From NCBI GenBank assembly GCA_964435035.1, contig CAYSXR010000001.1, positions 212,622-276,621 on the forward strand: a stretch of 64,000 nt of DNA, read 5' to 3'. The first letter of the stretch is position 1; the number at the start of each line of letters is the position of its first letter. The stretch is from an uncultured Gammaproteobacteria bacterium. Lineage in GTDB: Bacteria; Patescibacteriota; Patescibacteriia; Magasanikbacterales; UBA922. Position numbers and translations under genes: made by a program. The notes beneath the pieces are model-generated. The model saw only the letters and a list, made by a program, of their open reading frames with translations, searched no databases and was not told where the DNA came from. Shown piece after piece: positions 10,478 through 17,864 of the stretch.

Positions 10478-11397
10478 GAAATACGGTTATTAATGCAATT
10501 CATGAAGCAGCGAAGTTGGATGCAAACATAGTATTCATTACTGGAGACTTGGGTTATTCAGTGATTGAAAAATTTCAAGCTGAATTGCCTGATCAGGTTA
10601 TCAATACCGGAATCGCCGAACAAAACATGATGGGAGTTGCTGCGGGGATGGCTCTTGCAGGCAAAAAAGTGTTTGTATATAGCATCGTGCCATTTGCCAC
10701 CATGCGATGTTTTGAACAAATAAGAGTAGATGTGTGCTACCAGAATCTTGATGTGACAATTATTGGTGTGGGGGGTGGATTTGCTTATGGAACACTAGGG
10801 ACAACGCATTTTGGAAGTGAGGATCTTTCACTCATGCGCTCACTACCAAATATGAAAGTGGTTGCTCCTGCTGATCCAAAAGAAGCAGAGATTTTGTCTA
10901 AACAGATACTGAACGAACGAGGTCCCTGGTACATTCGTCTTAATCGAGGAGGTGAAAAGCAGCTTACTCATGAAGACATTGGTAATACTAAGATTGGTGT
11001 AGGATCAGTCATGAGAAGTGGAACAGAGGTCACTTTATTTTCAATCGGCGCAATTACTGATATTGCTCTCCAGGCGAGTGAGGTGTTAGGAAAAGAGGGA
11101 ATTAGTGCAGAAGTAGTCCATCTACACACCTTAAAACCCTTGGATACAGAAATAATTGTATCAAGAAGTCAGTCACGCAAAGCTCTCGTCACTATAGAAG
11201 AGCATTCTATTATTGGGGGTTTAGGTTCGGCAGTATCAGAAGTGCTTGCAGAGAAAGGAAACGCTGTGCCATTCGAGCGGATTGGGATGAGAGATATATA
11301 TCTCGATTGTATAGGGAAACAGGATTTTTTGAGAATGAAAGCGGGGATATCGGTTGAAGTGATTGTATCAACGGTAAAAAAACTATGCCAAAAATAA
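10474..11397 (+). CDS. Transketolase, C-terminal (pyrimidine-binding) subunit
   Basis: ITGDLGYS, GIAEQNMMGVAAGMALAGK and the FGSEDLSLMRSLPNMKVVAPADPKEAE motifs are present. Its ATG overlaps the stop of the N-terminal subunit (ATGA). Confidence 0.8.
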   Translation: MRNTVINAIHEAAKLDANIVFITGDLGYSVIEKFQAELPDQVINTGIAEQNMMGVAAGMALAGKKVFVYSIVPFATMRCFEQIRVDVCYQNLDVTIIGVGGGFAYGTLGTTHFGSEDLSLMRSLPNMKVVAPADPKEAEILSKQILNERGPWYIRLNRGGEKQLTHEDIGNTKIGVGSVMRSGTEVTLFSIGAITDIALQASEVLGKEGISAEVVHLHTLKPLDTEIIVSRSQSRKALVTIEEHSIIGGLGSAVSEVLAEKGNAVPFERIGMRDIYLDCIGKQDFLRMKAGISVEVIVSTVKKLCQK

Positions 11398-12269
11398 AAC
11401 TATTGTTGACTGGTGGCACGGGCTTTATTGGTAAAAATATCCAAGAACAGCTGTGGAATAAGTATGATATTATTGCGCCGACACACGAAGAACTTGATTT
11501 TACTGATGCTATCGCTGTAGGTGAGTATTTGAAAAAAAATCCAGTGGACATTGTCATTAATGCTGCTGCAGCAGGAGTAAGTCGGGGAGCATCTACGGCA
11601 GAAGCCGGACTTACTAATCTAAAAATTTTTTATAGTCTGGTACGTGCCAAACCATATTTTCGTAGATGTATCATGCTAGGCTCTGGTGCTGAATATGATA
11701 AGCGAAAATCTTTGGTGCAAGTCGCTGAGTCCGCGTTTGAAGATTCAATGCCAGCCGATGAATACGGTTTTTCAAAATACGTATGCGCCAAATATGCAGA
11801 GCAGGTTTCATACATCACGCATCTCCGATTGTTTGCGGTATTTGGTAAATACGAAGATTATACCAAACGATTTATTTCAAACGTGATTTGCATGGCGCTA
11901 TTTGATCTGCCAATTACCATGAAGAAAAATGTACGTTTCGATTATTTGTTTATCGATGATTTTGTGCAGATTCTTGATCAATGCATTGAAAAAGAACCGA
12001 CCGAAAAGATTTTTAATATTGGAAGTGGTACGCCGATAGATCTATACACGCTTGCAGAAAAAATCAGGATAGCGACTGGTAAAAATATGCCAATCATGGT
12101 ACAAGAAGAAGGGTTTGGGAATGAATATACCCCGGATATAAACCTTATGAAGAATGTGTTTGGTAATAGAGTATTCACCCCGATTGATGATGCAATTGAA
12201 AAAATGGTTGCATACTATAGAGAAATATTGCCAACGCTCACTAAACAAACATTTGAAACTGATCCGTAA
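11385..12269 (+). CDS. NAD(P)-dependent SDR epimerase/reductase, CDP-paratose/abequose-synthase-like (4-reductase) candidate
   Basis: GGTGFIGKNI Rossmann motif and YGFSKYVCAKY catalytic YxxxK. About 294 aa in a CDP-sugar context. The assignment is by family resemblance only. Confidence 0.5.
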   Translation: MPKIKLLLTGGTGFIGKNIQEQLWNKYDIIAPTHEELDFTDAIAVGEYLKKNPVDIVINAAAAGVSRGASTAEAGLTNLKIFYSLVRAKPYFRRCIMLGSGAEYDKRKSLVQVAESAFEDSMPADEYGFSKYVCAKYAEQVSYITHLRLFAVFGKYEDYTKRFISNVICMALFDLPITMKKNVRFDYLFIDDFVQILDQCIEKEPTEKIFNIGSGTPIDLYTLAEKIRIATGKNMPIMVQEEGFGNEYTPDINLMKNVFGNRVFTPIDDAIEKMVAYYREILPTLTKQTFETDP

Positions 12270-12271
12270 GT

Positions 12272-13213
12272 ATGGAAAATCAAAAAAAACTTATCAGTAT
12301 CGTGACGCCTACCTACAATGAAGAAATGAATGTGGAAGAGTTGTACGTCCAAGTAAAAAATGTAATGGGAACATTACCAGACTATGCATATGAACATATT
12401 TTTATTGACAATGCGTCTCCTGATACGACGGTCGCAGTCTTGAAACGACTTGCAACAACAGACCCTCGTGTAAAAATAATTGTGAATATTCGAAATTTCG
12501 GACATCTTCGTTCACCGTATTATGGACTCCAGCAGGCGTATGGGGACGCGGTCATACTACTCGTGGCAGACTTGCAGGATCCGCCGGCTCTGATAAAGGA
12601 TTTAATACAGAAATGGGAGGAAGGAAAAAAGATTGTGATTGGGGTGAAGAATAAAAGTGAGGAAGGTGCTGCAATGTTTGCGATTCGAAAATTGTATTAC
12701 CATTTGATACAGAAATTTTCTGATGTTGATCAGGTGAAAAATTTTACTGGTTTTGGGCTCTATGATCAGAAATTTATCGAAGTGTTAAGAAAACTCAATG
12801 ATCCGTACCCATATTTTCGTGGACTCATTGCAGAATTTGGATTTGAAAAAGCAGAAATTGAATACGTGCAGCCCGTAAGAAAAAAAGGCAAGACCAAGAA
12901 TAATTTCTTTACGCTCTATGATCTCGCCATGCTTGGATTTGTCAGTCATTCCAAGGTGCCGCTACGTCTCGCGAGTTTGGTTGGTTTTTGTATGTCACTT
13001 ATTAGTTTGGTTGTCGCGACAATATATTTTGTCTACAAGCTATTATTTTGGGATAGATTTGAAGCAGGGCTTGCACCGGTGATTATCGGACTCTTTTTCT
13101 TCGGTTCAATTCAATTATTCTTTATCGGCATCATTGGTGAATATGTAGGGGCAATCCACACGCAAGTCAAAAATCGTCCGCTCGTTATTGAAAAAGAACG
13201 TATTAATTTTTAA
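12272..13213 (+). CDS. GT2 polyprenyl-phosphate glycosyltransferase (GtrB/ArnC/DPM1-like) with C-terminal TM helices
   Basis: ISIVTPTYNEE...FIDNASPDTT and LVADLQDP (DxD-like) motifs, plus two C-terminal TM helices typical of GtrB/ArnC. Confidence 0.7.
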   Translation: MENQKKLISIVTPTYNEEMNVEELYVQVKNVMGTLPDYAYEHIFIDNASPDTTVAVLKRLATTDPRVKIIVNIRNFGHLRSPYYGLQQAYGDAVILLVADLQDPPALIKDLIQKWEEGKKIVIGVKNKSEEGAAMFAIRKLYYHLIQKFSDVDQVKNFTGFGLYDQKFIEVLRKLNDPYPYFRGLIAEFGFEKAEIEYVQPVRKKGKTKNNFFTLYDLAMLGFVSHSKVPLRLASLVGFCMSLISLVVATIYFVYKLLFWDRFEAGLAPVIIGLFFFGSIQLFFIGIIGEYVGAIHTQVKNRPLVIEKERINF

Positions 13214-13233
13214 CATCGAGTGCTATAGGTAAT

Positions 13234-14352
13234 ATGGAGGATTTAGTGAAAATAGAAGAAAAACATAAAATAAAATTTTTAGATACAGTGAGAGCGGGAG
13301 CAACAGTCGCTGTATTTTTATTTCATATGGGTTATCTTTTTATTACAGGATATCCTGATACAATAATACAATGGCAACGAATGGTATATTTTGGGGGTAC
13401 GGTAGGAGTAAGTGTTTTTTTTGTCTTAAGTGGATTTTTACTTTTCTATCAACTGTATAAAAACGAAGAGCCACTTACGAAAGAGAGGTTGCAGGAATAT
13501 ATACAGAAAAGACTACTTCGAATTTTACCACTATATTATCTTTCTTTGTTATGTATCGCACTGGTATTGAAGTATGATATTTTTTGGAGTACAGAAGGAT
13601 TCAAATCTATCGTGTATAACCTTCTATTTCTGCGTGAGATAAAAAGTGGTGGAAGCCAGGGGATTATACCGATCAATCCCGTATATTGGTCCCTGGTAGT
13701 AGAGATGCATTTTTATATTCTCCTCCCTATTTTTTATTCCATTTTTTACAAATATAAAAAAGCTATTTTATTCCTGCTACCAATTCTACTGGGACTGCTC
13801 TACAGAGTAATTTTAGTTTTTGTGGTGAAAGATCCGAGTATGCAATTTCTTCGATTTACACCCGCAAATTTTGATTTTTTTGCATTAGGTATGTTTGGTG
13901 CATACATATATGTAAAGAGAAAAGATCTGGTACAAAAATTAGGTGATTACAAATTACAAATTTTGTTTGTAATACTCTTTTTGGCGTGTGTTCGTTTTTA
14001 TGACTTTGAATTCTCACCAACATTCGCATATATTGCCGCTCCCATTATACTTGGCATCCTTACTGTAGTGTCGATACTTTCATTTTTGGGGAACGATCGA
14101 ACTTTGCTATCGCGTGCGCTTACGGTGACTCCTGTTATGTTTATTGCTAAAATTAGTTTTAGTATTTATGTATGGCATCCCGTGGTTTTTGAATATGTTG
14201 AAAAAATGTCCATAGTACAATCAAACTCTTCAAAAATTATACTGAATACGATTATAACACTTATTATTTCAACGATAACCTACTACGCAATTGAGGCTCC
14301 TTTTCTTAGATTGAAAAGAAAGAAAGCAGAATACGTGCAAGAACTACCCTAA
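13234..14352 (+). CDS. Acyltransferase family 3 (OafA-like) integral membrane O-acyltransferase
   Basis: About 10 TM helices with the conserved VYWSLVVEMHFYILLP motif of the acyltransferase_3 family. Confidence 0.7.
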   Translation: MEDLVKIEEKHKIKFLDTVRAGATVAVFLFHMGYLFITGYPDTIIQWQRMVYFGGTVGVSVFFVLSGFLLFYQLYKNEEPLTKERLQEYIQKRLLRILPLYYLSLLCIALVLKYDIFWSTEGFKSIVYNLLFLREIKSGGSQGIIPINPVYWSLVVEMHFYILLPIFYSIFYKYKKAILFLLPILLGLLYRVILVFVVKDPSMQFLRFTPANFDFFALGMFGAYIYVKRKDLVQKLGDYKLQILFVILFLACVRFYDFEFSPTFAYIAAPIILGILTVVSILSFLGNDRTLLSRALTVTPVMFIAKISFSIYVWHPVVFEYVEKMSIVQSNSSKIILNTIITLIISTITYYAIEAPFLRLKRKKAEYVQELP

Positions 14353-14372
14353 TACGAGGCAAAAAAAGACGA

Positions 14373-14405
14373 AGGCACCTAGAATTACTAGGTGCCTGTG
14401 TTGTT
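14373..14405. terminator. Bidirectional rho-independent terminator between convergent genes
   Basis: Stem AGGCACCTAG / CTAGGTGCCT with loop AATTA (14373–14397), flanked by AAAAAAAG upstream and GTGTTGTTT downstream. Confidence 0.6.
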
Positions 14406-14432
14406 TCGGCGTACAGTGACCTCGGAGAAGTA

Positions 14433-15047
14433 TTACTTCAGTCCGATTTCGATCAGTTGACGCTCGAAGTTCGGGGCATCGGTGAACACCTCGGCTCTGA
14501 TGCCGAAATCACGTGCCGCTTCGACCAGTCGAGGAAGGTCATCGAAGAAGACAGTCTCCTGCGGGAGAACTCCGGCGAGGTCGACGGCTGCCTGGAAGAA
14601 CGCAGGCTCAGGTTTGTAGAGCCGGTACTCGTGGGACAGCAGGTGGTGGTCGAACTTCTGGAGGAGTAGGATCCGGGGGTAGATCCATTCCCAAGCGATA
14701 CCATTCACGTTCGAGAGCAGGAGAAGCTTCACGCGTCCGACGAGTGAGTCGATCAGGGGAAGTACTGCGTCGTGGATCGTGAAGTGACAGGTCCAGAGAT
14801 CGATGAATTCGTCCATGGTGAGAGTGATTCCGTACTCCTTGCAGAATGCTTCGCGGATGGCGTCACCCTCGAGGTCGCCGCGATTCACACCTTGCCAGAA
14901 GGCGCTATCCTTGCTCGTGACGAAGTGTCGAATGCGATCAATCGAGACACCCGTCTTCTCGGCCATTGCTGGGAAGAGCTTGCCCTCATCGTCGTGGAAG
15001 ATGAGTACATTGCCGAGGTCGAAGATTACGGCTTTTGGAGGATTCAT
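14433..15047 (-). CDS. HAD-superfamily hydrolase (subfamily IA-like phosphatase)
   Basis: HAD motif I AVIFDLGNVL, a motif II SN and a motif IV FFDDLPRLVEAARDFG are present. Length is 204 aa and GC is high. Confidence 0.7.
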   Translation of the reverse strand: MNPPKAVIFDLGNVLIFHDDEGKLFPAMAEKTGVSIDRIRHFVTSKDSAFWQGVNRGDLEGDAIREAFCKEYGITLTMDEFIDLWTCHFTIHDAVLPLIDSLVGRVKLLLLSNVNGIAWEWIYPRILLLQKFDHHLLSHEYRLYKPEPAFFQAAVDLAGVLPQETVFFDDLPRLVEAARDFGIRAEVFTDAPNFERQLIEIGLK

Positions 15048-15223
15048 AGGTATCCTTTGGTGAGTTATGGCGTTATATGACCAAACACTTTACTTAAACT
15101 ACCACATAAATAATAGGAGGGTCAAATATTGACGTTTTTGGTAGTTTATGATAAGTTGCTCTATCTTTTCAAACCGCAGTGGGTGGAAGGATAGACAAGT
15201 CTAAGATAAGGAGGAGTACCCCC

Positions 15224-15808
15224 ATGGGTGCAAAGAATCCACTGACCCGTGAAGAATGGCTCATCCTGTGTGAGCAGATGAAGGACGTCGATCTGACGAA
15301 TCTCGGTCGCGAGGGTCGGGCGCTCATCGCGCAGGTCGTGAACGTGGTTCCGGACGACGAGCCCTTCGGCCAGTCGCTCTTCGATGCACTGACCTATGTC
15401 GCGGGCTGTTCGCCGGCTTTCGAAGGCGGACTCGCTCGCAAGAAGGATGGGCGTGTGCAGATCTATCTGCGTCAGCGTTCGATGAACGAGTCGGCCTATC
15501 CGGGCGAGTGGCATCTGCCTGGCACCTTCTTCCGTAAGGGAGAGCAGCCTATCGCGGTCGCGCGTCGGCTCTGCAAGTCCGAGTTCGAGGGGGTCGTGGT
15601 CAAGAGCATCCTGCACCTCGAAGACTTCTTCGTTGACGAGGCTCGCGGGAACATCGAGTCCAAGCTCTACGCGATCGAGGTCGAAGGTGACCCGACCGGG
15701 AAGAGCGGGAAGTGGTTCGACCTCGAGGACGTGCCGTCGCCATTGGTCGATCACCACGCCGAGAAGCTCATCCCACGGCTCCTCAAGTACATGGGCGAGG
15801 TGCGCTAA
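15224..15808 (+). CDS. Nudix-fold protein with degenerate Nudix box (high-GC copy)
   Basis: WHLPGTFFRKGEQPIAVARRLCKSEFEG aligns to the Nudix box (WxFPGGxxExGExxxxAxxRELxEExG), but REL is RRL and EE is SE. It is clearly homologous to the adjacent low-GC ORF at 15927. The start is set at the ATG at 15224, which has a strong AAGGAGG SD, rather than the listed 15179. Confidence 0.5.
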   Translation: MGAKNPLTREEWLILCEQMKDVDLTNLGREGRALIAQVVNVVPDDEPFGQSLFDALTYVAGCSPAFEGGLARKKDGRVQIYLRQRSMNESAYPGEWHLPGTFFRKGEQPIAVARRLCKSEFEGVVVKSILHLEDFFVDEARGNIESKLYAIEVEGDPTGKSGKWFDLEDVPSPLVDHHAEKLIPRLLKYMGEVR

Positions 15809-15889
15809 TACAAAGCGCCTCACACTCACGACAATGTTCCGTCCATCATCTCCTAAAGGGGGTGGTGGACGGGACTCATAAATTAACTA

Positions 15890-15911
15890 GGCAACAGAAT
15901 TGCCTTTTTTT
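15890..15911 (+). terminator. Rho-independent terminator after the high-GC Nudix-fold gene
   Basis: GGCAA-CAGAA-TTGCC hairpin followed by TTTTTTT. A second imperfect stem (CCATCATCTCC...GGGGGTGGTGG) lies just upstream. Confidence 0.55.
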
Positions 15912-15926
15912 GTTTGAAATGATAGG

Positions 15927-16550
15927 ATGAGAGCATATTTTAGCCAAATTGTTATGCCAAAAACATCCTCAAAAAAGGCAAAGATGCAGAGTACAATTTC
16001 TGAGAAATTAGAACATTTTGGTATTACACCTCATGAAGTGATTGAGCTTTTTGAGAGTCTTGTAGAAAACACATGGAAAGAAAAGGATAAAGAGCTTATA
16101 CATCCGGGTAATTCTCTTGATAAGAGATTATTTGAAGCAATTGCAAAATTAGGCATCTCAGTAGCACTCGAAGCAGTACTTTTTCGTACCAAAGGAGAAA
16201 AGGTAGAAGTTTTTATGACGAAGCGAGGAAAAGATGAAAGTTTTCCCGGGGAGTGGCATTGTCCAGGCAGTGTGTTTCGTCCAGGAGAGTTTCCTCATAA
16301 TGTCCTAGCGCGGCTTGCAAAACAAGAATTTAAAACAAAAGTTGTTCTCGAAAGTGATTGTGTAGCTGATGTGTTTGTCAAAGAAATGCGAGGATGGTTT
16401 TTGTCACGAGTGTATCTGGTAAAGGTTGTAGGAAAGCCGACTTCAAAAGGAAAATGGTTTTCAGTTACCAAATTGCCAAAAGATACGGTGGCACATCATA
16501 AAAATTTTGTAATTCCAAAAGCACTGAAGGAATATAAAAAAATAAAATAA
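15927..16550 (+). CDS. Nudix-fold protein with degenerate Nudix box (low-GC native paralog of 15224–15808)
   Basis: FPGEWHCPGSVFRPGEFPHNVLARLAKQEFKTKV aligns with the high-GC copy over about 110 aa (GEWH.PG..FR.GE, KGKWF, VP, HH). The real start may be the internal ATG at 15984. Confidence 0.5.
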   Translation: MRAYFSQIVMPKTSSKKAKMQSTISEKLEHFGITPHEVIELFESLVENTWKEKDKELIHPGNSLDKRLFEAIAKLGISVALEAVLFRTKGEKVEVFMTKRGKDESFPGEWHCPGSVFRPGEFPHNVLARLAKQEFKTKVVLESDCVADVFVKEMRGWFLSRVYLVKVVGKPTSKGKWFSVTKLPKDTVAHHKNFVIPKALKEYKKIK

Positions 16551-16553
16551 GCT

Positions 16554-17864
16554 ATGGATGACAAATTAAAACAACTATTGATTGAAGATTATAATGCCAG
16601 ATTCTTAGCTAAGGAATTTGTCCCGGGTGTATCAGCTGTTCCTGTATCGGGGAAAGTTTTTGATTCTGAAGAGATCATTAATGCAACCGAAGCAGTTCTC
16701 GAGGGTTGGTGGACTGATGGAAAATATACTGCCATGTTTGAGCATCGTATGGCGCAGTGGCTTGGTGTGAAGTATGGATGTTTTGTAAATTCAGGCTCAT
16801 CTGCAAATCTGATTGCAGTAACAGCACTTACCTCGATGAAGTTGCAGGACAAAAGATTGAAACCCGGTGATGAGGTCATTACTGTTGCAGCAGGATTTCC
16901 AAGCACCGTAAATCCGATTGTGCAGAATGGATTGGTGCCTGTGTTTGTTGATGTGGATCTCGGTACATACAATGCAAATATTGAGGCGATTCAAAAGGCA
17001 ATTTCTCCAAAGACTCGAGCAATCATGATTGCTCACACTCTTGGTAATCCGTTTGATCTGGGAGCAATCAAAGAATTGTGTGAGAAACATGATTTCTGGC
17101 TTATTGAAGATAACTGTGATGCTCTGGGAGCTACGTTTAATGGTAAAAAAACAGGCACATTTGGACATATTGCTACCTGTAGTTTTTATCCCGCACATCA
17201 TATTACGACTGCAGAAGGAGGAATGGTATTTACGAATAACTCAAGACTGTACAAAATAATTGAATCAATCAGAGATTGGGGACGTGATTGCTGGTGCGAG
17301 ACAGGTAAGGATAACACCTGTCAAAAACGTTTTTGTTGGCAGCTTGGTGAATTGCCCTATGGATATGATCATAAATATATTTATTCAGAAATGGGCTATA
17401 ACCTGAAAGCTACTGATATCCAGGCGGCGCTTGGGCTTGCACAATTTGCAAAACTCGATTCTTTTGTTGAAAAAAGAAGAGAGAACTTTAACACACTGTA
17501 CGAAGGATTAAAAAAATTCGAAGAATATTTTATATTACCTTCCTGGCAAAAGGAAGCAAATCCAAGTTCGTTTGGGTTCCTTCTAACGGTCAAAGATACC
17601 GCGCCTTTTACACGTGATGAGATTGTACAGCACTTGCAAGAGAAAAAAATAGGTACCAGATTTTTGTTTGCAGGAAATATTTTAAGACAGCCCTATTTTG
17701 TTGATAGGAAAATTGAATATCGTGTGGTAGGGGAATTAAAAAATGCTGATACAATTGTAAAAAATACCTTCTGGATCGGTGTATATCCAGGGCTTACGGG
17801 TGAAATGCTTGAGTATATTATTAAGATGTTTGAAGAGTTTATTGCTACACGTCGAGCTATATGA
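16554..17864 (+). CDS. rfbH: CDP-4-keto-6-deoxy-D-glucose 3-dehydrase (E1; PMP-dependent, [2Fe-2S]) of the 3,6-dideoxyhexose pathway
   Basis: DegT/DnrJ-family fold, but the PLP-lysine position is His (SFYPAHHITTAEGG). The Cys-rich DWGRDCWCETGKDNTCQKRFCWQLGELPYGYDHKY segment is characteristic of E1/RfbH. Length is 436 aa. Confidence 0.75.
   Translation: MDDKLKQLLIEDYNARFLAKEFVPGVSAVPVSGKVFDSEEIINATEAVLEGWWTDGKYTAMFEHRMAQWLGVKYGCFVNSGSSANLIAVTALTSMKLQDKRLKPGDEVITVAAGFPSTVNPIVQNGLVPVFVDVDLGTYNANIEAIQKAISPKTRAIMIAHTLGNPFDLGAIKELCEKHDFWLIEDNCDALGATFNGKKTGTFGHIATCSFYPAHHITTAEGGMVFTNNSRLYKIIESIRDWGRDCWCETGKDNTCQKRFCWQLGELPYGYDHKYIYSEMGYNLKATDIQAALGLAQFAKLDSFVEKRRENFNTLYEGLKKFEEYFILPSWQKEANPSSFGFLLTVKDTAPFTRDEIVQHLQEKKIGTRFLFAGNILRQPYFVDRKIEYRVVGELKNADTIVKNTFWIGVYPGLTGEMLEYIIKMFEEFIATRRAI

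Larger units (their letters stand above)
14406..15886. other. High-GC (about 60%) two-gene cassette embedded in low-GC DNA; probable horizontally acquired island
   Basis: Codon third positions switch to G/C. The boundaries fall at terminators (14373–14405 and 15890–15911). An AT-rich divergent promoter region sits at 15048–15223. Confidence 0.5.

Noticed and set aside
15179-15223. Upstream start (15179) listed for the high-GC Nudix-fold ORF
   Set aside because: The ATG at 15224 is preceded by AAGGAGG at optimal spacing and matches the paralog N-terminus better. The 15179 extension is probably untranslated leader.
15161-15829. 222-aa minus-strand ORF covering the high-GC Nudix-fold gene
   Set aside because: The plus-strand frame has a strong SD plus ATG at 15224 and aligns to the neighbouring low-GC paralog. 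The minus-strand frame is an antisense artefact.
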